This document shows positions 1 to 9,038 of a stretch of 64,000 nucleotides of DNA, in pieces; position 1 is the first letter of the stretch, and each line of letters starts with the position of its first letter. The stretch is from Planctomycetota bacterium (GTDB taxonomy: Bacteria; Planctomycetota; GCA-002687715; CAIWVZ01): the NCBI GenBank assembly GCA_044222185.1, contig JBGANV010000007.1, forward strand, positions 128,001 through 192,000, read 5' to 3'. Below the pieces are notes generated by a model. The model made no database searches and was not told the DNA's origin. It was given only the letters and a program-made list of their open reading frames with translations. The position numbers were made by a program, and so were the translations under genes.

Positions 1-1
1 G

Positions 2-367
2 AATCGCGTGCGGCGGGAGAACGCCGCCCGATACGCCGCGTTGTTCCAATCCGCCGGGCTCCTCGACGGCCGAGTCGCGCTTCCCGTGATCGACGCGGGA
101 CACACCGTGCACCAATACGTGGTCCGCATCGGCGGCGGGCGTCGTGACGCGTTGCAGGCGGCCCTGAAGGCTCGTGGCATCGCGACGATGGTCTACTATC
201 CCGTCCCGTTCCACCTGCAGGAGTGCTTCAAGGATCTGGGCTACCGCCAGGGGGAATTCCCCGAGGCCGAGCGCGCCGCGCGCGAAGTCCTTGCGCTGCC
301 GATCTTCCCTGGCCTGACGGCTGCGGAGCAGGAGGAGGTCGTGCACGGGATCGCAGACGCGATGTGA
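2..367 (+). CDS. DegT/DnrJ/EryC1/StrS family aminotransferase, 3' part (5' end outside window)
   Basis: C-terminal family signatures HQYVVR, RDALQAALKARGIATMVYYPVPFHLQ and EVLALPIFPGLT. Confidence 0.9.
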   Translation, partial: NRVRRENAARYAALFQSAGLLDGRVALPVIDAGHTVHQYVVRIGGGRRDALQAALKARGIATMVYYPVPFHLQECFKDLGYRQGEFPEAERAAREVLALPIFPGLTAAEQEEVVHGIADAM

Positions 368-509
368 TGCCCGCATCCCGTCGGGTGGCTGGCCCCCGAT
401 GCTGGATGCAGCGACGCGAGCCTGTTGGCCGCAGGCATGCGGCGGATGCGCAGGAGACGTCATGCGCCGAGCCCTGAAACGGCGATCCGAACTCTCACTC
501 GTCCGCCTC

Positions 510-599
510 GTCTCGTTCCGCTTTCAGGTGGCGACGTACGATCCGGCGACCGGGACGTATGCACTCGGACAATCGGTCGCGACCGTCCTGCGTCCTTGA
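510..599 (+). pseudogene. Orphan fragment resembling the C-terminal tail of the secreted-protein domain seen elsewhere in the window
   Basis: VSFRFQVATYDPATGTYALGQSVATVLRP* resembles GIQTLTVSTSNPAVGSTTNLYRATLRP* (60367) and FAVQGIVRDTGSASSYALTAATTITI (~19680-19750); no credible start or signal peptide. Confidence 0.35.
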
Positions 600-671
600 C
601 CGCGACGACGCTCCGGCGACCGCGGGCCTGATCGTCGAACGCCGGACACGGCGAATCCGGCCACGCCGACG

Positions 672-2285
672 TCAGCCGCCGCGGATGTCCGTGGGCAGCC
701 CCGTGTGCGCGTCCAGCTCCTTCGTCGTGCGCTCGAACCGGTGCTGCGGACCCAGGAGATCGCGCTGAGGTTGATAGCCCTCGAGTGGCTGGGCGCCGAA
801 TCCCATGAGGTGCGGCGTCACGAAGATCAGGAGCTCGATCCGCTCCTCCGCGTCGTCCTCGCGCGTGAAGAAGATGTCTCCGATGATGGGGATGTCTCCC
901 AGGACCGGGGCCTTCTGTTCCTTGAAGCGCTTTGCCGTGCGATAGAGGCCGCCGATCACCAGCGTCTCGTTGTTCTGCACGAGGACGTTCGACGTGACCT
1001 TGCGGTCGTCGATCACGGGCACTCCGAGCCTGAAGTCGACGAGCTCGCGCGTTTCGGGCTCGACCTTCATCTTCACGACGCGGTCGGCGCCGACCTCGGG
1101 GGTCACCTTGAGCTTGATCCCGATCTCCTCGTACTCGATCTCGCTCGACGAGCTCGTCGCCGCGTTTCCGCCGCCGACGTCGATCGTGTTCTGCGACTTG
1201 ATGTAGGGGATCCGCTGAACGACGTCGATCTTGGCCTCTTCGCCCGAGATCGTCGCGACGATGGGGTTGCTCAAGACGTTCAGCTTCGTCTTGCCCTTGT
1301 ACCCGGAGAGCAGGACCGAGAGCAGGTTGTTCGCGTTCGTGATGCCGAACTTGAAGGGCGCCGGGCCGTCGGGAGAGATCGATGGCAAGGTCGACTGCAC
1401 GATGCCGTCGTACGAGCCCAGATCGATCTGGCCAGAGTCGCTGACGGCGCCGTGGCCGGAGTTCCGCTCGCGACGCACCTCGACGACGATGGCCTCGATG
1501 AGCACCTGCGGCGCGCGCGAGTCCGCCGTCTGCATGAACTCCTCGACGCGGGAGAGCGCGTCCGTCGTGTCGGTCACCGTGAAGCGGTGCCCGGCCTCGT
1601 CGTTGACGATCACGGCGCCAGCCGAGAGCAGCGGCTTGATGAGCTTCTCCGGATCGAAAACCCGGTTGGAGCGTACGACCCACGTCCGGGTCTCCGTCTG
1701 ACGGTCCACGTCCACGACGGTGAGCACGTCGTTCTCGAAGGAGAGACGGTGTCCGTGCTGGCGCAGGACGGTATCGAGACCGAACATGGGATCGACGTCG
1801 GGGAAGTTCACGGTCACGGGCTCCGTGAGCCCGGTCGGAACGATCACGTTCGCCTTCATTTCCGCCGCCACCGATGCCACCACTTCCCGAAGGGGCGTCT
1901 CCTGGAAGACGATCGCGAGACGCGGTCCGGTCCACGCAGGGAGCGGTTTCGATGGACGCGAGGCCGGGCGGCTCGCAGGCCGATCGCCTTCCTGCACGTA
2001 CGGCTTGCCCGCCAGCATCGGCATCACCTTCGCCCGGGCCGTCTGGAGCTCGTCGGCGATCGCTGCGCGACCCGCTTCGGTGGTCGTGTCGACCTCGAGC
2101 CATCCGTCCGTGTGGTTGCGGCGCACGAGCCGCTCGTCCACGTCGTTCGACGCCGTCGATCCGCAGCCGCCGAGGACGGCGCACGCGATCGCGAGCCGGA
2201 CGAGCGCGCTCGTCCAGGAGCGTGACTGCTGGGCGGCATGCCGGAGCCTGCTCGCGGACCGCGGGCAGGGTGTGTTCGTCACCAT
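672..2285 (-). CDS. gspD: Secretin (GspD/PilQ family), probable lipoprotein
   Basis: QVLIEAIVVEV, NVLSNPIVATISGEEAKI, GIKLKVTPEV, ETLVIGGL, PVLGDIPIIGDIF, ELLIFVTPH; lipobox-like AVLGGC; ATG at 2285 with GGAG RBS. Confidence 0.92.
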   Translation of the reverse strand: MVTNTPCPRSASRLRHAAQQSRSWTSALVRLAIACAVLGGCGSTASNDVDERLVRRNHTDGWLEVDTTTEAGRAAIADELQTARAKVMPMLAGKPYVQEGDRPASRPASRPSKPLPAWTGPRLAIVFQETPLREVVASVAAEMKANVIVPTGLTEPVTVNFPDVDPMFGLDTVLRQHGHRLSFENDVLTVVDVDRQTETRTWVVRSNRVFDPEKLIKPLLSAGAVIVNDEAGHRFTVTDTTDALSRVEEFMQTADSRAPQVLIEAIVVEVRRERNSGHGAVSDSGQIDLGSYDGIVQSTLPSISPDGPAPFKFGITNANNLLSVLLSGYKGKTKLNVLSNPIVATISGEEAKIDVVQRIPYIKSQNTIDVGGGNAATSSSSEIEYEEIGIKLKVTPEVGADRVVKMKVEPETRELVDFRLGVPVIDDRKVTSNVLVQNNETLVIGGLYRTAKRFKEQKAPVLGDIPIIGDIFFTREDDAEERIELLIFVTPHLMGFGAQPLEGYQPQRDLLGPQHRFERTTKELDAHTGLPTDIRGG

Positions 2286-2350
2286 CGGAACGTCTCCTTC
2301 TTCTCGTTCCTTCATCGGCTCGCGGGTCGCGGCGCCCTTGAGCCGGGCCC

Positions 2351-3079
2351 TCACCCGCCCGTCCAGCCGTCGGCGTTCGGATTCGCCCCGTTCCCGCTGC
2401 TGAGTCCCGTTTCATTCTTCGGGCGCACGTAGGAGACCGGTGTTCCTCCCGGGATCAGGGCTCGCCCCCAGGCGTCCTTCGTCCAATCCACGTCCGAGGA
2501 GAGGAGGTTCTTGGACTTCAGGGTGTTGACGACCGTCGTGATGTTCGAGGAAAGGCCCGTCTTCGGCTTGTAGTTCGCGTAGTAGCTGCTGATCGCCTGA
2601 GTCACGGTTGCGGCGACGAACGCCGACCGCTCGCGCATCTGGGCCATGATCGAGACCGTGAGGACGAGGTCGTCCGTATCGCCCGACTTGCGATTCTCGC
2701 CCAGACATCGCAGGCGCACCGTGTTCACGTCGACCTTCGTCAACGCAAAGGCCGTGCTCCAGGCATCCGTGAGGCCCGAGCCCTGCGTCGGCACCTGGAC
2801 GTACGGGCCGAGCCAGTGTGCGGCGACGCCGTAGGTCTTGGGCGGATTCGAGTTGGCGGCAGTGAGCAGGAGCAGCTCGTCCAGGTTGCGTGGCACGCGG
2901 CCCATGTCCGCGGCGAACCGTCTGATCCCGCCCGCGATGAGCTCCATGTCGGAACGCGTTCGCTCGTATTTCTGCCCGGCTTCGATCGACGTGAACGCTG
3001 GCGACAGCGCCCCGGCCAGGATGATCAGGATGGCGACGGCGATCACGATTTCGATCAACGTGAATCCGTGGTTCTTCAC
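2351..3079 (-). CDS. GspG-like pseudopilin/pilin with prepilin N-methylation site
   Basis: GFTLIEIVIAVAILIILAG, WLGPYV, DAW motif, LGENRKSGDTDD; GTG start overlaps gspF stop (GTGA). Confidence 0.88.
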   Translation of the reverse strand: MKNHGFTLIEIVIAVAILIILAGALSPAFTSIEAGQKYERTRSDMELIAGGIRRFAADMGRVPRNLDELLLLTAANSNPPKTYGVAAHWLGPYVQVPTQGSGLTDAWSTAFALTKVDVNTVRLRCLGENRKSGDTDDLVLTVSIMAQMRERSAFVAATVTQAISSYYANYKPKTGLSSNITTVVNTLKSKNLLSSDVDWTKDAWGRALIPGGTPVSYVRPKNETGLSSGNGANPNADGWTGG

Positions 3080-4287
3080 CGTCCACCTCCGCGGACCGCC
3101 GTGAGCACGGCGAGGATCGGCGAGATCACCGTGTAAACCGCGAACCCGACGGCCGCGCCCGAGACGATCGTCATGATGGGGCCGAGCATGGAAATCAGGC
3201 GGTTGACGATGCGAGGGATCTCGCGATCGAGGTACGTCTGCACGCGGCCCAGCGCTTCGTCGAGCGATCCGGACCGCTCTCCCACCGAGACCATCTGCAC
3301 CACGATCGCGGGGAAGCGTCCCGCACGCTTGACGGCCGCACTGAGCGCGTCTCCGTGGGTCACGGCTTCGAGGATGGATGCGACCGCTGCGCGCATCCGC
3401 TCCGTGCGGAGCGCCTGTCCCGTCGTCGAGAGCGCCTTCGAGATCATCACGCCGCTGCGTGACAGCAGCGAGAGGAGTGACACGAAACTCGCCGTCTCCG
3501 CCAGTTGGAGGAGCGTCCCGATGACGGGTACCCGGAACAGGATCTCCTGGATCAGATGCCGGGTTCGTCGGAATCGGAGCGAGAGCTTGAGCGCGATGGC
3601 GGCGCCGACCAGGCCGCCGACGAGCAGCGGCCATTTCGCCAGGATGACGTCTTTCGTCGCCAGCAGGAACACCGTGCTCGGCGGAGGAGCGATGCGCGCT
3701 CGCTCGAAAATCCCGGACACGCGCGGGATCAAGTAGAGGATCACGAGCAGCAGAAGTCCGACCAGCATCACGAGCACGATGCACGGGTAGCGGAACGCGG
3801 ACTTGATTTGCTGGTTGACCTGCGTGCGCCAGGTGAGTTTCTGCGCCAGTGATCCCAGCACCGTGTCCAGTGCACCCGACTGCTCTCCGGCCTCCACCAC
3901 GGTCCGGTACGCTTCGTCGAAGACCTGTGGGTGATGGCTCAGGGCCTCGGAGAACGTGACGCCGTGGCTCACTCGTTCCTGGAGGTCGCGCAGGATCGCG
4001 CGGGTCTGCGAGTGGACGGTGTCCGCCGAGATCTGCGCCAGGGCCTCGGCGATGGGGAATCCCGCTTTCGTGAGGATCTCCAGTCGTTCGGTGAGGTCGG
4101 CGAGCACGAGGGGAGGGATGCGCGCGCTCGTCGCCTTGGGGCCGTGCGCCGAGGACACGCTCGCCTTGACGAGGAACTGACCGGACTGCCGGAGGAGCTT
4201 CGTCAGATCGTCGATCGATGCGGCCGCGGAGCGACCGTTGCACCGAACTCCGTCTGCCTGGACGGCCACGTAGTCGAACGTGGGCAT
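3076..4287 (-). CDS. gspF: Type II secretion system F / PilC family platform protein
   Basis: MPTFDYVAV start, VEAGEQSGALD, AFRYPCIV, VSVGERSGSLDEAL. Confidence 0.95.
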   Translation of the reverse strand: MPTFDYVAVQADGVRCNGRSAAASIDDLTKLLRQSGQFLVKASVSSAHGPKATSARIPPLVLADLTERLEILTKAGFPIAEALAQISADTVHSQTRAILRDLQERVSHGVTFSEALSHHPQVFDEAYRTVVEAGEQSGALDTVLGSLAQKLTWRTQVNQQIKSAFRYPCIVLVMLVGLLLLVILYLIPRVSGIFERARIAPPPSTVFLLATKDVILAKWPLLVGGLVGAAIALKLSLRFRRTRHLIQEILFRVPVIGTLLQLAETASFVSLLSLLSRSGVMISKALSTTGQALRTERMRAAVASILEAVTHGDALSAAVKRAGRFPAIVVQMVSVGERSGSLDEALGRVQTYLDREIPRIVNRLISMLGPIMTIVSGAAVGFAVYTVISPILAVLTAVRGGGR

Positions 4288-4325
4288 CGTCGTCCTCCTT
4301 CCCGCCTCTGCTCGGTCTGACCTGA

Positions 4326-5978
4326 CTACGCCATCGTCACGCGATCGACTTCCGCTTGCGTCGTCTTGCCGTCGAGGACCTTTTCGCGGCCGTCGAACGA
4401 CATGGGGCGGAAGTCTCCGCTCAATGCCAGCTCCAGGAGCTCATTTTCGGTGGGACGGTTGAGGATCGCCTTTCGCATCGGATCGTCGATGACGAACAGC
4501 TCGTGGAGCCCGATGCGCCCTTTGAAGCCCGAGCGCGCGCAGTTGGAGCACCCAACCGGATCGCGACGTTGGTCGGCGCGGGCCTGGAGTTCCGCGGAGA
4601 ACTCGATGCGCTTCTTGACTTTCGTCTCCGTCGGCACGGAGCACTCCTTGCAGAGACGGCGCGTGAGCCGCTGACCCACGATTCCCAGGAGCGTCGACGA
4701 GACCAGGAACGGCTCGATGCCCATGTCGATGAGGCGCGGGACGGCGCCTGCGGCGGAATTCGTGTGCAGCGTCGACATCACGAGGTGTCCCGTGAGCGCG
4801 GCCCGCGTGGCGATCTCGGCGGTCTCCTTGTCCCGGATCTCGCCGATGAGGACGACTTCCGGGTCGTGCCGGAGGATCGCTCGCAGCGCGCTCGCGAACG
4901 TGAAGCCGATGGACGACTTCACCTGGCACTGGCGAACCATCGGGATCGTGTACTCCACGGGATCCTCGACGGTGATGACCTTCTTCTCCATCGCGTCGAT
5001 GGTGGACAGCAGGGAATAGAGCGTCGTCGTCTTGCCCGAGCCCGTCGGTCCGGTGACCAGGATCAGTCCGTGGGGGCGCTGTGCCATCGCGAGCAGCGGA
5101 TCGAGCACGCGCGGCGCCATCTCGAGGGACGACGGCGGCTCGACGCCGCGCGCCGTGTCCAGCAGCCGGATGACGCAACCTTCGCCGTGCACGGTCGGCA
5201 GGATCGAGATTCGCATGTCGACCTTGCCCGTCGGCGTCGTGAACTGCGAGCGTCCGTCCTGTGGAAGTCTGTGCTCGCAGATGTCCAGGTCCGCGAGGAC
5301 CTTCACGCGCGCGATGAACAGCGCCGCCGTTTCCTTGGGCCAGGTGCGCCCCTGCCGCAGCACGCCGTCGACGCGGTAGCGGACTCGGAACACCCGCTCG
5401 TCCGGCTCGAAATGGATGTCCGTCGCACGCGAGTGGACGGCGTCCTGGAACACTTCGTCCAGAAGCGGGTTGACGTCCGTCTCGCTCGCCGGGCCCGCGA
5501 GCTTCGCCGGAGCGTCCGCGTCGGGCCGCGGCTCGAGGCGCGCCACGCGTTCGATCTCGCGCGCGATCTCGGCCTTCAGTGCGACGACCGTCTCCACGGG
5601 CACGTGGAGGAGCGCCTGCACGCCGTCGACGGCCTCCACGTCCAGCGGATCGTTCGTCGCGATCCGGATGCGGCGCGCGGACGGCTTCAGCGGGATCATG
5701 TTCCGCGCCCGCAGCCGCTCGACACCGATTCGATGCGCCGTCTCGAGGTCCACATCCTTCGAGTCGATCGAGACGAAGGCGAGGTGGAACTGCGCGGCGA
5801 GCGCTTGACAGATCTGTTGTTCGGTGCAGAAGCCCGCATCCACGAGAACCGCGCCCAGGCGCCCCCCGCGTGTCGCCTGCTCGGAGAGCGCCATCTCGAG
5901 CCGGCCAGGCGTGAGGACGCCCTGGCGCACGAGGGTCTCGCCGAGAATCCCCAGGCGGGGCGTCGTTCCGGTGGTCAT
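4326..5978 (-). CDS. gspE: GspE/PilB family secretion ATPase
   Basis: ATDIHFEP, RLPQDGR, Walker A GPTGSGKTT, TVEDPVEY, LRHDPEVVLIGEIRD, TGHLVMSTLHTN, CxxC pairs; ATG overlaps upstream stop (ATGA). Confidence 0.96.
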   Translation of the reverse strand: MTTGTTPRLGILGETLVRQGVLTPGRLEMALSEQATRGGRLGAVLVDAGFCTEQQICQALAAQFHLAFVSIDSKDVDLETAHRIGVERLRARNMIPLKPSARRIRIATNDPLDVEAVDGVQALLHVPVETVVALKAEIAREIERVARLEPRPDADAPAKLAGPASETDVNPLLDEVFQDAVHSRATDIHFEPDERVFRVRYRVDGVLRQGRTWPKETAALFIARVKVLADLDICEHRLPQDGRSQFTTPTGKVDMRISILPTVHGEGCVIRLLDTARGVEPPSSLEMAPRVLDPLLAMAQRPHGLILVTGPTGSGKTTTLYSLLSTIDAMEKKVITVEDPVEYTIPMVRQCQVKSSIGFTFASALRAILRHDPEVVLIGEIRDKETAEIATRAALTGHLVMSTLHTNSAAGAVPRLIDMGIEPFLVSSTLLGIVGQRLTRRLCKECSVPTETKVKKRIEFSAELQARADQRRDPVGCSNCARSGFKGRIGLHELFVIDDPMRKAILNRPTENELLELALSGDFRPMSFDGREKVLDGKTTQAEVDRVTMA

Positions 5979-6679
5979 GCAGGCGCTCGCGGTGATTCGC
6001 GCCTGGTCGCGAAGTGCCGAGACACGCGCAGATTGGCCTGGGCGGAGAGGTCGAGCCACGGCACGCTCGTGTCCCATCCGTGAAGCTGCGCGAGCGACAG
6101 GAGGCGTCGTGCACTCTCCGTGCGGATCACCTTGAGCGGCTCCGACGGAGGAGGCTTGCGCTGCCCGAGCACGTGGGCGCGGATCCAGTCCATGCAGACG
6201 TCCGCGATGCCGTCACCGGTCGAGTGATGCGCATCGAGGGGCGGAGCGCTCAGCCACACGGCGAGGTCGTATCCCTCCACGATGGAGCCGAGCAACTCGG
6301 CCAGCACGTGGGTGTTGGAGGCGACGGCGTCCGCATTGCCGACGAGGATCACCGGCGCTTCGGCGAGTTGCACACCCGTGAGCGTCGATTCGACCGGGCC
6401 GCGGTCCTCCAGGCTGCGGTGCACGCGCAGAAGCGGCAGCCTGCGGATGAACGACTCGGCGGCTGCGCGCGTTCCGTCGCAGCTGTTGTCGTCCACGACG
6501 AGGACCTCGACCGGCAGGTGCGTCGACCGGACCCACCGGGCGATGACGTCCAGGCTCGATGGCAACGTGGACGCTTCGTCTCGCACAGGAATGACGAGCG
6601 TGAGCGCCGGGCTGCGCGGCCCGTCCTCGACCGCGGCCACCGTGCGATTCGGAATGACTGCGATGTCGGCGGCGAGCAC
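5975..6679 (-). CDS. Glycosyltransferase family 2 protein (divergent; start uncertain)
   Basis: LTLVIPVRDEA...EVLVVDDNSCDGT GT-A N-terminus; DxD position reads NADA. Confidence 0.75.
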   Translation of the reverse strand: MLAADIAVIPNRTVAAVEDGPRSPALTLVIPVRDEASTLPSSLDVIARWVRSTHLPVEVLVVDDNSCDGTRAAAESFIRRLPLLRVHRSLEDRGPVESTLTGVQLAEAPVILVGNADAVASNTHVLAELLGSIVEGYDLAVWLSAPPLDAHHSTGDGIADVCMDWIRAHVLGQRKPPPSEPLKVIRTESARRLLSLAQLHGWDTSVPWLDLSAQANLRVSRHFATRRESPRAPA

Positions 6680-6691
6680 GATGATGATCCC

Positions 6692-7279
6692 TCAGGCGCC
6701 AGGCGTCACGAGGATGACGATGTCGTCGCCACTCGCGTCGCCGTGGGCCAGATTCGCGTCGGACGTTTCGAGGACGCCGTTGGGGCCGACCGAGAACACG
6801 GCGACGGAGCATTCCATGGAATCTGCGGCGGCAGCTGCCGTGTAGCTGACCCGGTATGCGTGCCCCCACGGGTCGAACACGCCCTCCTGAGCCGTCTCGC
6901 CGGCCACTCGGGTCGCACCTTGCGGCGGCGTGTATCCGATCGAGAGGTACGGTCCCTTCCAGTTCGGGTGATTGTGAGTGTTCTGATAGAGACACTCGAA
7001 CTGCCGCAGCTCGATGACGGCGTTGCCGAGTGCTCCCGGGGCGAGGTTGTAGTCGTGGGGCCAGAACCCCGTGTGGGCTCTGTACTGAGCGAAGGCGTGG
7101 GCGAACGTCTCGATGTCGGTCGTGGCTCGCGCGCGCCGCGAGTTGTCCATCTCCGATCCGATGACCGGGATCAGGACTCCGGAGAGTAGAGCGAGGATCG
7201 ACACGACGACGACCAGCTCCACGAGGGTGAAGCCCGGCGTCAACCGGTGCCGAGGGGGGAACGCGCACGGTGAACGCAT
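6692..7279 (-). CDS. gspG: GspG-like major pseudopilin
   Basis: GFTLVELVVVVSILALLSG, NWKGPYL, DPWGHAY, SVGPNG. Confidence 0.88.
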   Translation of the reverse strand: MRSPCAFPPRHRLTPGFTLVELVVVVSILALLSGVLIPVIGSEMDNSRRARATTDIETFAHAFAQYRAHTGFWPHDYNLAPGALGNAVIELRQFECLYQNTHNHPNWKGPYLSIGYTPPQGATRVAGETAQEGVFDPWGHAYRVSYTAAAAADSMECSVAVFSVGPNGVLETSDANLAHGDASGDDIVILVTPGA

Positions 7280-7380
7280 GCAACGACTCCGACAGGCGAA
7301 TGCGAGGTTTGGCCATCCCCGTTTTCGACCGGAATCGCGGTGGACCCTTTAGGGTTCTCGACGCCGTCTGCGGCCGTGAC

Positions 7381-8199
7381 TCAAACGATATGCGCGATGC
7401 GCAGGTCGGCGGGAACGACCGACGGCGGTGCGTCCGCGAGGAGGAGTCGGAAGCCCCGCCCGGTGACCCACCGCTCGAAGCGGCGCGCCCTCTGGAAGGC
7501 TGGATGTTCGCGCTCCATTCGGCGGAACTCGGGAGGGTGGACGAGGAGCCGCCCGCGACCGGGACGCGCCGGGATCACCCCGTGCAGCAGCTCGTGGTAC
7601 AGGAGGAACTCCAGGTACCAGGCGGGCACCAGGGCCGCATCGAGCGCGCGGTTGATGATGATCACGGGCCGGGGGTCCCCGCGCTCGAAGCGCCCGAGGA
7701 GGCGTCGTGTGGGCGTCACCGACCAGCCCACGTCGGCTTCGAACGGCCGCGAGAGCCGGGTCGCCGCGGCGAGGACGAGCGGAGTGAGGTCGTGGTGGCG
7801 GCCGGTCGGAGGAAGGAAGCGCGGCCGGCGGGTCGTCGGCGCCGCGTCCGATCCGAACCAGTCACGGATCTTCGTCGCCAACGCGCGGCGAAGCCGGACG
7901 GGGATCTGGCGGACGACGACGACCTGCACCAACGCCGCCGCGATCGGTTCGGGGGCCGTTCTGAACACCTCGTTGGCGGCCACGTCGACGGATCCGTCGG
8001 GGCGGTGCATAAAGCGGAACAGCTGGCGCCTTTGGCGGCGGTAGGTCACGCGAACGACCACGCCGGGGTAGAGCGCTGCCGCCGCCGACGCGATGGCGTC
8101 GGGGGCGTGGCCCGCGTGCGGCGCTCCTGCCCGCGGCGTTGCCGCCGCGAGCTCGTCAGGGAGCGCGTCCTCGCGAAACAGCGGCAGCTGGCGGGTCAT
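7381..8199 (-). CDS. SprT/YgjP-like zinc metalloprotease domain protein
   Basis: LLYHELLH zincin motif followed by HPPEFRRMER; IIINRALD. Confidence 0.75.
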   Translation of the reverse strand: MTRQLPLFREDALPDELAAATPRAGAPHAGHAPDAIASAAAALYPGVVVRVTYRRQRRQLFRFMHRPDGSVDVAANEVFRTAPEPIAAALVQVVVVRQIPVRLRRALATKIRDWFGSDAAPTTRRPRFLPPTGRHHDLTPLVLAAATRLSRPFEADVGWSVTPTRRLLGRFERGDPRPVIIINRALDAALVPAWYLEFLLYHELLHGVIPARPGRGRLLVHPPEFRRMEREHPAFQRARRFERWVTGRGFRLLLADAPPSVVPADLRIAHIV

Positions 8200-8283
8200 G
8201 CGCGACGATCCTACCGCCTGCGCACCGATACCCCTGGCGCCACGTGCGCGGTAGGATCGGCGCCGAGCATCGGAGGACCCGTC

Positions 8284-8607
8284 ATGTCGCACAAACCCGT
8301 GATCAGCGTGAAGTGCCCGTGCTGCGGCGAAGTCCTCGAAGTCGACGTGGCGAAGGAGCGGGTCCTTTCCCACCGGCGCGGACCCCACCTGGCCGACGAC
8401 CGCCGCGCCGGCGAAGACGTCCTCGACGTGGCGATCCGCAACGCGCGAGCCGCCGAGGAGCGCCTCAAGACCGAGTTCCTCGCGGCCCAGGACAAGGTGA
8501 GGAACCAGTCGGACCATCTCGACAAGCTGTTCCGCGAGGCTCAGAAGAAGGTCCGCGAGACGCCGCCGGACCCGAACGATCCGGGGCACGGACCCAAATG
8601 GGATTGA
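8284..8607 (+). CDS. Small Zn-ribbon-like/coiled-coil hypothetical protein
   Basis: VKCPCCGEVLEVD N-terminus, helical C-terminus; GGAGG RBS and TAGGAT -10-like box upstream. Confidence 0.75.
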   Translation: MSHKPVISVKCPCCGEVLEVDVAKERVLSHRRGPHLADDRRAGEDVLDVAIRNARAAEERLKTEFLAAQDKVRNQSDHLDKLFREAQKKVRETPPDPNDPGHGPKWD

Positions 8608-8696
8608 GTGGGTCTGGGTCCCCTCGGCGCCGCGCCCCGGCGGCTATTCCAACGGCACGCCGCTCCGGTTAACTTCCCGGCCGATTGAGCGCGACC

Positions 8697-8933
8697 ATGA
8701 CGACCGAACCAGCCATCAAGTACACGCAGACGTTCAAGAAGTACCGCGCCGAGTTCCGCGCCGAGGTCGTCCAGTTCGCGCGCGACTGGGCGAAGGGGCA
8801 GACGCTCCTCGCGAAGCACGAGGACGCGAGCATCTTCAAGGTCACGGGCACGAAGGAGCAGATCGACGGCCTGCTCGCCCAGATCAAAGAGAAGTTCAAC
8901 TGGGTTCCGCCGACGCCCGACGACTCGAAGTGA
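8697..8933 (+). CDS. Hypothetical protein (78 aa)
   Basis: Typical GC3-rich codon usage with Lys/Phe-rich composition unlike shadow ORFs. Confidence 0.7.
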   Translation: MTTEPAIKYTQTFKKYRAEFRAEVVQFARDWAKGQTLLAKHEDASIFKVTGTKEQIDGLLAQIKEKFNWVPPTPDDSK

Positions 8934-9038
8934 GCGGTGCGCAAGCCGCGGGGCTTCCGCCGTGCCGTCCTCGCCCCGTGCGCTGACCGTGACGGGGCGG
9001 TGCCGTCGTTCGACGCAGGATCTCGCCGGGAGCAGGCC

